In this document: one piece after another, positions 46,196 to 56,224 of the stretch
How positions within the stretch are numbered: the first letter of the stretch is position 1
How the letters are laid out: every line of letters starts with the position of its first letter
Assembly: GCA_044220945.1 (NCBI GenBank)
Contig: JBGAQC010000008.1
Span: 117,312-181,311 of the forward strand
Origin: Chitinophagaceae bacterium
GTDB taxonomy: Bacteria; Bacteroidota; Bacteroidia; Chitinophagales; Chitinophagaceae
Direction of reading: 5' to 3'
Length of the DNA: 64,000 nt
Notes under the pieces: generated by a model
What the model was told of the DNA's origin: nothing
The model's input: only the letters and a program-made list of their open reading frames with translations
Database searches by the model: none
Translations under genes and position numbers: made by a program

Positions 46196-46316
46196 ATAAC
46201 GAACTTAGTCTGAAATGATTCTGGACCGCAAATTTAACGAAGTTTTGCCAGAAGCAGCCTACGATTCTTGCCGTATACCACCAGAAATTTATAATATTGC
46301 TGTTGTGGTAAAGTCT

Positions 46317-47459
46317 ATGAAAATAAAGCTACTCGCCTTTTTTTTACTGTTGACCTTTTCCGGTGCTGCTCAGGAACTTACCGGCATCTGGAGGGGCTAT
46401 TTCAACCAGGTCAATTACCAGCGGGATGCTGAGGGCAGCCGCTATAAATTCGAGGTGCAGCTCGATCATAACCTCAAGAGCAACTATTTTTCAGGAGTTA
46501 CTTATTCCTACCTGACCACGGTATTTTATGGAAAAGCCACCTGCTCCGGCACCCTGAATGTGAAGAACGGGAAGGTTTTCCTAGAAGAGCTTAAGTTGGT
46601 GGAAGTGAAGATGGCCGGCCCCAGTGATGCCTGTATCATGACCCTGTTTCTTCAATACAGCAAGTCGGGTGATGAAGAATTCCTGGAAGGCACTTATACG
46701 AGCATGAATATGCGGGATTCGACCAATTGCGGCCGGGGTACGGTATTTCTCCGGCGGGTGGTGACCTCCGACTTCTACAAGGAACCCTTTCTGGTGAAGC
46801 GGGAGAAAGAGAAGGAGAAAGAGAAAGAGCTGGCAAAAAACAGCCCCAAAAAAGAAGAGCCCCCGGTAACGAAAACGCCACCGGCTGGCCCGAAACCTCC
46901 GGTTAAAGCCCCCCCTGTCGTAAAAAAACCGGCACCCGGGCCTTCCAAACAAGCTGCGGTGAAAAAACCGGCGCCCAAACCCGAGCCTCCCCTGGTGACC
47001 AAAGACCCGAAACCCAGTAATCTGATTACAAAAGATAACCGCACTTTAAAAGCAGATACGGTCAGCAAACCGGCTAAAAGACCGCTTCCTCCTGTTACTC
47101 CCAGAGTGCTGGCCAACCGGCAGAATGAAATAGTGAAAACGATAACCACCAGCGCCAACGAAGTGGAACTGCGCATATACGATAATGGCACCATAGATAA
47201 CGATACTGTTTCAGTTTACCTGGACAAAGTACTCGTTGTATCCAAGGCAAGGCTGACCAGCAAGCCCATTATAGTCAAATTCAAACTGGACGACACCAAC
47301 GATTTTCACGAGCTGGTGATGGTGGCCGAAAACCTGGGCGAGATTCCCCCGAATACCTCTTTGATGATTGTCAATGCGGCCAGTAAGCAGTACGAAGTCC
47401 GGATCACTTCTACGGAGCAGAAAAATGCCATGGTGATCTTCAAATACGAGAAGGACTGA
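46317..47459 (+). CDS. Hypothetical secreted protein with a Pro/Lys-rich linker and conserved C-terminal domain
   Basis: Signal peptide from ATG 46317; C-terminal YDNGTIDNDTVSV...ENLGEIPPNTSLM is shared with the next gene. Confidence 0.8.
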   Translation: MKIKLLAFFLLLTFSGAAQELTGIWRGYFNQVNYQRDAEGSRYKFEVQLDHNLKSNYFSGVTYSYLTTVFYGKATCSGTLNVKNGKVFLEELKLVEVKMAGPSDACIMTLFLQYSKSGDEEFLEGTYTSMNMRDSTNCGRGTVFLRRVVTSDFYKEPFLVKREKEKEKEKELAKNSPKKEEPPVTKTPPAGPKPPVKAPPVVKKPAPGPSKQAAVKKPAPKPEPPLVTKDPKPSNLITKDNRTLKADTVSKPAKRPLPPVTPRVLANRQNEIVKTITTSANEVELRIYDNGTIDNDTVSVYLDKVLVVSKARLTSKPIIVKFKLDDTNDFHELVMVAENLGEIPPNTSLMIVNAASKQYEVRITSTEQKNAMVIFKYEKD

Positions 47460-47489
47460 TGGATTACCGCTCAAATAAAATGATGCTCC

Positions 47490-48371
47490 ATGAAGCTGCT
47501 TTCGGTTAATTTCTGCGATATTCGGGGCATGCGATCAGGGCTTCTTTTCCTTTTATTGCTGGCAAGTGCTGCATCATTTTCCCAACCCCTTACTGGTGTA
47601 TGGCGGGGCAAGCGCACACAGGTTTCCGGGGGCTGTTTTCCGGAATATTCCCTGGAACTGCATGTGTATTACAGCAAGGACAATTCCATAATGGGGAATG
47701 CCTTCAATTATTACAGCAAAGACCAGTTTACCAAGATCAATTTTACGGGCCGGTACAACCCCACCACCAAACGGCTGGTGATCATTGAGAGTGCTGTTAC
47801 CCAGTATAACGTACCCAATAACTGCATTCCCTGTATCAAGACCTACGACCTGGTGTGGTCGGATAATGGCAAAGCCAATCTGGACGGGGAATGGAAAGGA
47901 CATGAAATGGGCAATACCAATATCTGTCCACCGGGAAAGATCCACCTCGAAAAAGAACAGATCCCGGTATTTCCCGTTGATGTATTCCAGAATGATACAC
48001 TGGCCCGGATCCAGAAAGACCTGAAACTGGCTAACCGTGAGAAGGAGCTGGTGCAAACGGTACCAATAGACACATCCGAACTGAAGATCGAATTATACGA
48101 TAATGCGGAAATTGATGGCGATACGGTAACTGTATTCCTCAACAATACGCTGCTGTTGTATAAAAAGCAGCTGACCGATAAGCCACTAACATTATCGGTT
48201 ACCGTTTTTCCCAATACTGATTATGAATTCCTCATGTATGCCGATAATCTCGGCCGTATCCCTCCCAATACTTCATTAATGGTGATCACAGCCGGCAAGA
48301 AACGTTATGAACTGCGGATCAGTTCGAGTGAGCAGAAGAGTGCGGTGGTTCGGTTCAGGTACCAGTTGTAA
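47490..48371 (+). CDS. Hypothetical secreted protein, paralogue of the upstream gene
   Basis: C-terminal YDNAEIDGDTVTV...DNLGRIPPNTSLM; Cys pairs in the N-domain. Confidence 0.8.
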   Translation: MKLLSVNFCDIRGMRSGLLFLLLLASAASFSQPLTGVWRGKRTQVSGGCFPEYSLELHVYYSKDNSIMGNAFNYYSKDQFTKINFTGRYNPTTKRLVIIESAVTQYNVPNNCIPCIKTYDLVWSDNGKANLDGEWKGHEMGNTNICPPGKIHLEKEQIPVFPVDVFQNDTLARIQKDLKLANREKELVQTVPIDTSELKIELYDNAEIDGDTVTVFLNNTLLLYKKQLTDKPLTLSVTVFPNTDYEFLMYADNLGRIPPNTSLMVITAGKKRYELRISSSEQKSAVVRFRYQL

Positions 48372-48385
48372 GTTTTAAACAGAAT

Positions 48386-48420
48386 AAAAAGCGGCATGAC
48401 CAATGGATCATGCCGCTTTT
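48386..48420. terminator. Bidirectional terminator
   Basis: AAAAAGCGGCATGA-8 nt-TCATGCCGCTTTT. Confidence 0.8.
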
Positions 48421-48454
48421 CGCTTTTTAAAACTATCGGATTTAGCTACAAATC

Positions 48455-50014
48455 TTAAAATGCTCTCTGCTGCTGCGCGCCAGCCTGCGGTGCCGGTTTG
48501 CGGGGCAGTTTTTCATCACGCTGTGCCGTATTGTAAACAAAAGCAGCAATGATGGTGGCAGCCTGTTGCAGGTCTGCTGCGATCAGGTGATCATAGCTGT
48601 CCATATTGGTATGGTGCGTACGGGTATCGTATTCAATCTCGTCCTGGATGAACTGGAAGCCGGGAATACCGATGCCGTCGAACGACAGGTGATCCGTACC
48701 ACCGGTATTCTGTAAAGTGATGGTTCCCGCACCCAGGTCTTTGAAGGGTTCGAACCATTGGGCAAAAATACCTTTTACACTTTCGTTACCCTGCGTATAG
48801 ATACCCCGTACTTTACCGGTACCATTATCAAGGTTGAAATAGGCGGAGATCTTGTCGCCTTCCGCATTGAAACGGCGTGTTGCTGTATCCGTGAGGTGAT
48901 TGCGGACATAGTTACGGGAACCGTGGAGCCCCTGTTCTTCCCCACCCCACAAGCAGATCCGGATGGTGCGCTTGGGTTTGAGTCCGGTTGTTTTCAGGAT
49001 CCGCAGTACTTCCATCATTACGGAACAGCCTGCTGCATTATCGGTAGCACCCATGGCTGGATGCCAGGAATCGAGGTGGCCGCCGATCATCACGACTTCA
49101 TCCCGCAGTTTTTTATCAGAACCTTTTAATTCAGCCACTACATTATACCCTTTGATATCCTGGGTATAGAACGCCACTTTCACATCTGCTTCCAGTTTTA
49201 CGGGGATATTATGGGCTGCGAGGCGGTACAGGGTCATGTAGTCTTCCAGTGCCACCACAATATCGAGGAAGTTCTCGGGTGCATTGGCCAGATAGCTGCC
49301 GCCACCACCCAGGAAGATGGTGCCGTCTTTTCCCCGGGGATTGGCACTCAGGATGGCAATGGCGCCTTCATTTTTCGCAAATTCCTTGATCTTATTGATA
49401 TTGAATCCTTGTGGGCCACGAAATCCCTGTCGCGGTGCTCCCTGACCACCCGCACGGTTCTGCGGTGCCCAGTCTGCCATTTTCTGCAGTTCTTCATCTG
49501 TAAAGCGGCCGGCATCCGGAGCAAAGCTTTGCTTCAATGTATCTGTACGGGGAGTAAGAATAATTTTGCCTTTCAGTTTTCCGGCATAAGATGCCAGCTC
49601 TACAGAATCTTTGGCCGTGATCACCACGATCTCCGCTTCCTGTAGTCCGTTTGTACCGGCGCACCAGGCTTTGGGAAATGCGATCAATGGTTTGTAATAA
49701 GGCGTAGTCATGGCCAGGTAACTGCGTTTCAGTTCCCAGCCCTTACCCCAGTCGCCCCAGGGTTCGAGTTTGGCATCCAGTCCCCATTCCTGAAGCTTGT
49801 TCTTAGCCCAATTGGCGGCTTTCAGGTAACCGGGGGAATTATTCAGGCGGGGTCCGTTGGCATCGGTCAGGTAAAAGGCATGATCCATGACCTGGGAATG
49901 ATTCAGGCCTTCTTCGCGGATCTTCGCGATAGCCTCATTGTCTGTTTTCTCGGTCTGTGCAAAAGGTGCATAGGCAAGTCCAAGCAGCAAGCCGGACAGC
50001 AGGAGCTTTCTCAT
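48455..50014 (-). CDS. M28 family metallopeptidase (secreted)
   Basis: GGHLDSWH, GATDNAAG, WGGEEQGL, NLDNG, GTDH and HHTNMD. Confidence 0.9.
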   Translation of the reverse strand: MRKLLLSGLLLGLAYAPFAQTEKTDNEAIAKIREEGLNHSQVMDHAFYLTDANGPRLNNSPGYLKAANWAKNKLQEWGLDAKLEPWGDWGKGWELKRSYLAMTTPYYKPLIAFPKAWCAGTNGLQEAEIVVITAKDSVELASYAGKLKGKIILTPRTDTLKQSFAPDAGRFTDEELQKMADWAPQNRAGGQGAPRQGFRGPQGFNINKIKEFAKNEGAIAILSANPRGKDGTIFLGGGGSYLANAPENFLDIVVALEDYMTLYRLAAHNIPVKLEADVKVAFYTQDIKGYNVVAELKGSDKKLRDEVVMIGGHLDSWHPAMGATDNAAGCSVMMEVLRILKTTGLKPKRTIRICLWGGEEQGLHGSRNYVRNHLTDTATRRFNAEGDKISAYFNLDNGTGKVRGIYTQGNESVKGIFAQWFEPFKDLGAGTITLQNTGGTDHLSFDGIGIPGFQFIQDEIEYDTRTHHTNMDSYDHLIAADLQQAATIIAAFVYNTAQRDEKLPRKPAPQAGAQQQRAF

Positions 50015-50040
50015 GTTCAGTGTTTTTTGGAAAGAGAAAG

Positions 50041-51351
50041 CTACTGAATTCCATTGAATGCAGGGAGATTATTGGATGAAAGGTTGCCTGCCGGTTCTTT
50101 CAGCAGGTGAATACCAACTGCGCATTCCAGGCATTTGCGGGTATCACAATAACAGGATTTCAGGTGCAGGAGCGCCTGGGTATCAGCGGCTGAAACAGGC
50201 CTTTGCCCGATGCGCTCGAATCCGTTGATCACCTGATTCGATTCTGCAGGCAGGGCACTCAGCCATTGCAGGGCTTTATCTGACAGGGCAGGCTGCCGGG
50301 ATTCTTCGCCATAACTATACAGGGCGGGACAGGCCACGTTGATCAGCAGCGTATCAATAAATTGCTGGCCGGTATGTTTAGGCAGGTAACTGGACAGTTC
50401 TGCAAAGCGGTAATGGTGATGCCAGTAATCATTGGCTGTTATGGCCAGCAGCTCCCGGTATTCCGTTTGTTCCCGGCAATGGATCAGCTGGTTGAACAGG
50501 CTGGTTTCTTTGTGCAGCAGCGCAGCCAGTTGTGCCAGCCGTATTGACGGAAAATTCCCGGGCCTCATCCGTAGAAAATGGACAGGAATCATAGCGGGCT
50601 TCAGGTGATGTTTCTTTTGGAGAACGAGGTATTCTTTCCGGAGCATCTCCGGATAGGGATCTTCAAATGGGTTTTTCAACAGGCCGCATTGCCCGAAAAG
50701 CAGGGCTTCCAACTGATGGATGCTGTACTGGTGGCGTTCGATTACTTTCAGCGGGGTGCGTTGTGCCATATCTTCAAAAGCCTCGGCATTGACTTTGCCT
50801 CCAAAATAACGGGCCATCAGCCGCCAATAGATCTCCTCCCATTGTCCATCAGGTACATGGCGTTGCTGTAGCAGACCGGATCCCTTGCGGGAGAGCCGTT
50901 CCATCAGCATCCGGTCTTTCCAGGAAATAAAAGTAAGTTCAGGTACCTGCTGCAATTGTTTGCCGCAGGGAATGAACCCGGATTCCTGCATCCAATGCTG
51001 ATAGGTCTGTAATAAAGCACCGGGCACCCTCCCACTCAGTTCCAATACCGGCCATACAGGTATTTGTCCGGGCAGGTCATCTTCCCAGACCACATGCAAA
51101 ATGACATTCCCGTAGTTCTTATCGGTATGATGGTGGTGCCGGTACCAGTCCGAATGGCGGAGATGCAACTCAATGGTTCCTGCCATCTGGATTTGTCCCA
51201 TACGGATCCTGGCCTGTGAAAAATCAGGGCCTTGATGCTGGTTCCAGGTGCCGGGATGGAGGATCTCCAGTACTTCTCCTGTGGTGGTGGTGAGGGAGCT
51301 GGTATTAAAATGCTGTTGTTGCCAGATATATTGGAGCAGGCGTTCATTCAT
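50041..51351 (-). CDS. DUF2851 family protein
   Basis: MNERLLQYIW, GPDFSQA, HHTDKNYGNVILHVV, RPGNFPSIRLAQ and C-terminal CLEC. Confidence 0.85.
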   Translation of the reverse strand: MNERLLQYIWQQQHFNTSSLTTTTGEVLEILHPGTWNQHQGPDFSQARIRMGQIQMAGTIELHLRHSDWYRHHHHTDKNYGNVILHVVWEDDLPGQIPVWPVLELSGRVPGALLQTYQHWMQESGFIPCGKQLQQVPELTFISWKDRMLMERLSRKGSGLLQQRHVPDGQWEEIYWRLMARYFGGKVNAEAFEDMAQRTPLKVIERHQYSIHQLEALLFGQCGLLKNPFEDPYPEMLRKEYLVLQKKHHLKPAMIPVHFLRMRPGNFPSIRLAQLAALLHKETSLFNQLIHCREQTEYRELLAITANDYWHHHYRFAELSSYLPKHTGQQFIDTLLINVACPALYSYGEESRQPALSDKALQWLSALPAESNQVINGFERIGQRPVSAADTQALLHLKSCYCDTRKCLECAVGIHLLKEPAGNLSSNNLPAFNGIQ

Positions 51352-51422
51352 GGCTGTTTACAGTTTAGTGGACTGTAAACTTAGCAGCATGCTTATTTCA
51401 AAACTGAAATTACAACCCGGCT

Positions 51423-52007
51423 TTACAACCCGAATTGTTTCAATTCCTGGATCACACGGCTCACGGGAAGCCCCATGACATTATAAAAATCGCCTTCAAT
51501 TTTTTCAATACCCACCACACCGATCCATTCCTGGATGGCATAGGCGCCGGCCTTGTCGTAGGGTTGGTATTTATCTACATAAAAAGCGATCTGTTCCTGA
51601 CTGAGTTCATGGAACCAGACGCGGGTGATTTCAGAGAAAGCCACTTCTTTTGTACTGCTCTTGATCACCACTCCGGTGATCACCCGGTGTTCTTTTCCGG
51701 AAAGGGCTGTAAGTGTCCGGATGGCTTCGTCCCTGTCGGCCGGTTTACCGATGATTTGCCCGTCCAGCACTACTACTGTATCGGCTGCAAGAACCGGAGC
51801 ATCGTGCTCATAGCGTTGGAAGGATCCATCCTCAATCAGGGCCTGGGCTTTGGTATGGGCGATATGTACCGGCACATCTTCCGCAGCCATTCCTTCCGGA
51901 ACAATTTCATGGGTATGCTTTACCATGATATCAAAGCGGAGTTCCGCCCATTCAAGCATCATGCGGCGGCGGGGTGACTGGGAAGCGAGGACGAATTTCT
52001 TATGCAT
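51423..52007 (-). CDS. maf: Maf family nucleoside triphosphate pyrophosphatase
   Basis: LASQSPRR, AADTVV, GKP, PYDKAGAYAIQ and NVMGLP. Confidence 0.93.
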   Translation of the reverse strand: MHKKFVLASQSPRRRMMLEWAELRFDIMVKHTHEIVPEGMAAEDVPVHIAHTKAQALIEDGSFQRYEHDAPVLAADTVVVLDGQIIGKPADRDEAIRTLTALSGKEHRVITGVVIKSSTKEVAFSEITRVWFHELSQEQIAFYVDKYQPYDKAGAYAIQEWIGVVGIEKIEGDFYNVMGLPVSRVIQELKQFGL

Positions 52008-52950
52008 AATAGAGAAAGAATACCAGTGACAGAATTCCGGTCATCATCACCAGCTTGATCCAGTTGCTGATGCGGTGATAATCGGCGGTTGTTTGGGCTT
52101 TCAGTACATTCCTGAGAATGTAGAAGGCCGGAGCCAGGATAAATAACACGGTATACATTATGGAATACCACCATCCAAAGGGGATCACATAAAACTGCAG
52201 GATAAGAATTGCAGCCATAAGTACGACCAGCCAATTGGCAATAAAGATCTTGGTGGCACGGATTCCCCATACCACGGGCATGGTGCGGCAGCCATACTTC
52301 TGATCACCGGGCATATCCTCAATGTCTTTGATGCATTCCCGTGCAAGGGAAATAATGAATGCGAAACCCCCATATAATATGGCCAGCTTGAATATACGGG
52401 TTACGGCCTGCAGTACTTCGGGTTGTATCAGTGTATAAAAAGACCGTTCCATTTCAACCACATAGAGTATCAATACCACCCAGGCCGTGAGCAGGGAAAT
52501 GATGAGGTTGCCGGTCAGCAGTTTCTTCTTGAACGTGGTGGAATAAAACCAGAGTAATATAACTGTTAATGTATTGCTGATCCCCAGTATCAGGTCGTGA
52601 TGGGTTTTCCAGCCCACATAAAAACTAAGCAGTATTCCTGTAGTGGAGAGCAGCAGGTGCCATACAATGGCCCATCTGCGTTTGATGATGCGTTCCACTA
52701 CCAGTTTCCCGGGTTTGTTGATCCTGTCGATATTGATATCGAAATAATCGTTGATGATATATCCTGCCGCTGCTATAGTTACTGAAGCCAGCACCAGGAG
52801 CCAGAAATTACGGGGATCAAGCAAAGGAACAGCACTGGTGTTGCTGTAAGAAGGGATCACCACACAGTAATAAAACAGGAACTGGGTCAGCGCAATGAAC
52901 AGCAGGTTCAGTGAGCGGATCAGTCTGAAAAAAGCGGTGATCAGTTTCAT
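52000..52950 (-). CDS. UbiA-family prenyltransferase (DGGGP-synthase-like)
   Basis: AAAGYIINDYFDINIDRINKP and RECIKDIEDMPGD aspartate-rich motifs; multiple TM helices. Confidence 0.85.
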   Translation of the reverse strand: MKLITAFFRLIRSLNLLFIALTQFLFYYCVVIPSYSNTSAVPLLDPRNFWLLVLASVTIAAAGYIINDYFDINIDRINKPGKLVVERIIKRRWAIVWHLLLSTTGILLSFYVGWKTHHDLILGISNTLTVILLWFYSTTFKKKLLTGNLIISLLTAWVVLILYVVEMERSFYTLIQPEVLQAVTRIFKLAILYGGFAFIISLARECIKDIEDMPGDQKYGCRTMPVVWGIRATKIFIANWLVVLMAAILILQFYVIPFGWWYSIMYTVLFILAPAFYILRNVLKAQTTADYHRISNWIKLVMMTGILSLVFFLYYA

Positions 52951-52989
52951 GCTGTCCGAAGTTAAGGTGCGCTCCGTTGCCTGCCGGAA

Positions 52990-53226
52990 TTATTTCTGGT
53001 TATCCCTCCATTCGTAGACCCAGCTGCTCTGGATCATTTCAAGATGGCCCTCGTTGCTTTCTTCACGGGTGCCTTCGAAATTGGGGATCTGCAGTACCCA
53101 TTCCAGCAGGTCGGTGAAACGGATCCTGTAAATTTTGGATTCAGAAAAATCATCGCCGAAACGTTCATAGAGTTTCAGGGCGATGTCTTCATAGTCATTC
53201 CACTTTATAGGGGGTTCAAATTGCAT
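52990..53226 (-). CDS. iscX: Fe-S cluster assembly protein IscX
   Basis: W.DYEDIALKLYE, IRFTDLLEWV and LEMIQSSW; follows fdx. Confidence 0.9.
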   Translation of the reverse strand: MQFEPPIKWNDYEDIALKLYERFGDDFSESKIYRIRFTDLLEWVLQIPNFEGTREESNEGHLEMIQSSWVYEWRDNQK

Positions 53227-53235
53227 ATGGTTCTA

Positions 53236-53571
53236 TTATTCTCCTAAGAATTGGGTTTGGTCGGGCAGGGTCACCACCACATGACCTTCACCGGGTAATA
53301 AAACACACTGGCAGCCCAATCGTGAATTGAGGCGGGGACTGACAGCCCGGTCGATAAAATCTTCTTCCCGGTCGCTCAGTTCTTCGAGGTGGTCGCTTCC
53401 CTGTTCCACATAGAGATGGCAGGTACTGCAGGCGCAAACACCGCCGCAGTTGTGGTGCAGGTCAATATTATTGGTAAGTGCCACTTCCAGCAGGCTCTGG
53501 TCGGCCTCGATATTGGAGAGGGTTACCGGCTCCAGCCCTTTCTGTTCAAATTTGTAAGTAATGGTGTACAT
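53236..53571 (-). CDS. fdx: 2Fe-2S ferredoxin (ISC type)
   Basis: HNCGGVCACSTCH and SRLGCQ. Confidence 0.9.
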   Translation of the reverse strand: MYTITYKFEQKGLEPVTLSNIEADQSLLEVALTNNIDLHHNCGGVCACSTCHLYVEQGSDHLEELSDREEDFIDRAVSPRLNSRLGCQCVLLPGEGHVVVTLPDQTQFLGE

Positions 53572-53690
53572 AGTCAAAATCGGTTGCAAAAATAGGGTAA
53601 AACAGGGTTTTCGGGAGCTTATAACATCCGGGAAGGCTGAAAAGATCAGGCCAGAACCCGTATTTTTTCCGATTTCGGTAATGCAGGGGC

Positions 53691-53717
53691 AAAAAAATCC
53701 CGGCCAGAGGCCGGGAT
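53691..53717 (-). terminator. prc terminator
   Basis: ATCCCGGCC-3 nt-GGCCGGGAT plus a U-tract. Confidence 0.8.
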
Positions 53718-53736
53718 CGCACGATTTGAAATAGTA

Positions 53737-55896
53737 TCAGTTCTTGGAGTTATAGACCAGGTTCTTCTGGATCACCATATCATTGACCACATTTACGGCT
53801 TCTTCCAGGTAGATATCGGAACGGAGGTTTTTTACCCACTGCTTATAGCGTTCCAGTTTACCCGCATCATATTCCATACGTTTCAGATCGTCGGGCAGGG
53901 CATTTACATCCACTTCCTGGCTGATCTTTGACGCAGTTTCGATCTGTTTTACTGCATTGCGGATGGCCTTGTTTTCCTCCTGAAATTTCTTCAGGTTCAG
54001 GGTATATACTTTATCGTTCTGGTCGGCGATCCATTTGGCATTCTGGCGGATGAGATTGAAAGCATTACCATTTTTCATGCGTTCTTCACTGGCTCTTTTG
54101 ATAGGGCCCAGGTCGAGACTGTATTTCCAGTTGCTGTAATCGGCCCTGGCTACTTCATCCCAGGGAAGGGCATCGGGATTATCTTTTTCGCGCAGTTTGG
54201 AATACTCATAGAAATCGGGCAGGTTGATATCGGAGCTAACGCCACGGAGCTGGGTGGAACCGCCATTGATGCGGTAGAATTTCTGCAACGTCAACTTGAT
54301 GGTACCCAGATCGCTGTTGGGATCCGAGAAACCCAGCACCTTATCGAGGCCGATATTACGTTGTACGGTTCCCTTACCATAAGTCGAGGTACTGCCGATG
54401 ATCACGCCGCGGTTATAATCCTGGATAGCTGCAGCAAAGATCTCAGAAGCTGATGCACTGAATTCATTTACCATAACGGCCAAAGGACCATCATACAACA
54501 CAGATTTGTCGCGGTCATAATACACCTGGGGTTTGCCATCGCGGTCTTTTACCTGTACAATAGGGCCGCCTTCAATGAAGAGGCCAACCATCTGTACAAC
54601 ATCATAAAGGGAGCCACCACCGTTATTGCGGAGGTCCATCACAATACCATCCACTTTCTGCTCTTTCAGCTTGATGATTTCCTTGCGGACGTCATCCGAA
54701 CAACGGGCGCCTTTGGGGTTTTCAAAATCTGCATAGAATTCGGGCAGGTAGATATAACCGATCTTGCCTTTGGGAGTATTCACTACAGAACTGCGCGCAA
54801 AAGTTTCATCCTGTACAATTTCATCGCGGATCAGGGAAACTGTTTTCACGGATCCGTCCGATTTTTTGAGGGTGAGCCGTACTTCAGTGCCTTTTTTGCC
54901 GCGGATGATCTTCACGGCATCTTCGGTCACAAAACCGGTCAGATCAACCGGCTCATCAGCACCCTGGCCAACTTTGAGTACAATATCCCCTACCTGAACC
55001 TGTTGGGATTTCCAGGCCGGACTTCCAGCGAGCAGGGTGGCGATCTTGATATTGCCATCTTCCTCACGCAGTGAAGCGCCGATACCGAAAAAGCGGCCAC
55101 TCATCTGTTCGTCGAAATAGCGTTTATCCACGGGAGGGAAGAAGGACGTATGCGGGTCCATTGATTCTGTAATGGTATTTACAAAATCATTAAACCGGTC
55201 ATCATCGCTCACTTTTACGGTCATGCGCTCATAGTAGCGGTCCATGATCTTGAGTACCCGCTCTCGGGCATCCTGCTCCAGTTCTGCATCGGTACGCACT
55301 TTGAACCCTTCAGTGCCTTTGTTCTTTTCCCGGTTTTCGAGCAGGTCGGCATAGCGGTCGAGCACCATATACTTCAGGCGCTTTCTCCAATACTCCTTCC
55401 GTTCCGCTTCGTTTTTGGGAAAATCGTATTGCTCGGGATTGATGTTTACGGTCTCGTCTTTTGTGAAATCAAAAGGCTTGCTCAGGAGTTCCTTATAGAT
55501 ACTTCCAACTTCGGGGAGTCTTTTCTTCAGCACTTCGGAAACGGCAGGTACAAAGAGTACGGCACCACCCATGATCTCATCATCGAGCTTGGTCTCGAAT
55601 TTCCGGAGGTTCTGGATATCCGATTGCAGGAGTATATTCTTATTCTCGTCCACATAACGGTCGGTCAGGAACTTTTTGAAGAGTTCTTTAGAGAAGTTGT
55701 CGTCAAACTTTTTCGGGCTGTAGTGTATTTCTTTCAGCATATCCCCCACATTGTGGAGGATCTTTTCATAACGGGTGGGTGGATTGCCACCTCCCCATCC
55801 AAAAGTCTGAAACACAGCGATAAGTCCGGCTCCCAGCAACAGGAGCAACATGGGTAGTGTACGTTTATTGAACATATGTTTAAATACGTTTGACAT
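53737..55896 (-). CDS. prc: Carboxy-terminal processing protease (tail-specific protease)
   Basis: DPHTSFF, PDZ domain, DLRNNGGGSL, SASASEIFA, TYGKGTVQ and KFYRINGGSTQ. Alternative start 55875. Confidence 0.92.
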   Translation of the reverse strand: MSNVFKHMFNKRTLPMLLLLLGAGLIAVFQTFGWGGGNPPTRYEKILHNVGDMLKEIHYSPKKFDDNFSKELFKKFLTDRYVDENKNILLQSDIQNLRKFETKLDDEIMGGAVLFVPAVSEVLKKRLPEVGSIYKELLSKPFDFTKDETVNINPEQYDFPKNEAERKEYWRKRLKYMVLDRYADLLENREKNKGTEGFKVRTDAELEQDARERVLKIMDRYYERMTVKVSDDDRFNDFVNTITESMDPHTSFFPPVDKRYFDEQMSGRFFGIGASLREEDGNIKIATLLAGSPAWKSQQVQVGDIVLKVGQGADEPVDLTGFVTEDAVKIIRGKKGTEVRLTLKKSDGSVKTVSLIRDEIVQDETFARSSVVNTPKGKIGYIYLPEFYADFENPKGARCSDDVRKEIIKLKEQKVDGIVMDLRNNGGGSLYDVVQMVGLFIEGGPIVQVKDRDGKPQVYYDRDKSVLYDGPLAVMVNEFSASASEIFAAAIQDYNRGVIIGSTSTYGKGTVQRNIGLDKVLGFSDPNSDLGTIKLTLQKFYRINGGSTQLRGVSSDINLPDFYEYSKLREKDNPDALPWDEVARADYSNWKYSLDLGPIKRASEERMKNGNAFNLIRQNAKWIADQNDKVYTLNLKKFQEENKAIRNAVKQIETASKISQEVDVNALPDDLKRMEYDAGKLERYKQWVKNLRSDIYLEEAVNVVNDMVIQKNLVYNSKN

Positions 55897-56001
55897 TTGA
55901 CCAAAAATAACGATAAAAAAGCGGGTATGTTGCAGGGTAAAGGCAATATTAACAAGTGATTATGCGGTATTTTACACCAGCGGCAGGAAGGGGGGATAAA
56001 G

Positions 56002-56030
56002 AAAAGCCCTGCCGGGTTGGCAGGGACTTT
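56002..56030 (-). terminator. tRNA-His terminator
   Basis: CCCTGCC-5 nt-GGCAGGG flanked by A/T runs. Confidence 0.75.
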
Positions 56031-56038
56031 TATCGGCG

Positions 56039-56113
56039 GGTGGATGATGGGATTCGAACCCACGACCCTCAGAACCACAATCTGATGCTCTAACCAGCTG
56101 AGCTACAACCACC
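56039..56113 (-). tRNA. tRNA-His(GTG)
   Basis: G-1 plus GTGGTTG.../CATCCAC-C73, anticodon arm TCAGA-TTGTGGT-TCTGA, TTCGAAT T-loop; CCA not encoded. Confidence 0.95.
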
Positions 56114-56224
56114 GTGTGGGCGGCAAAAATAAGACAAAATTGCTTCGCCCCAAAAATCCGGAGAACGATTTTTTCTGCAATTGCGTGAATTTAAACGTTC
56201 TTTGCAAGCCCAAACTGAACGAAA

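Noticed and set aside
44180-46213. 677-aa plus-strand ORF, plus other long antisense ORFs (28535-29767, 36678-37658, 39539-40531, 8316-9200)
   Set aside because: Each is the reverse-frame shadow of a well-supported gene (thrS, TonB receptor, speA, ThuA fusion, DHOase-like) and has no recognisable motifs.
46196-46316. T-box or tRNA-mimic operator upstream of thrS
   Set aside because: A TAAATTTG -7 box lies only about 35 nt from the start, leaving no room for such a leader.
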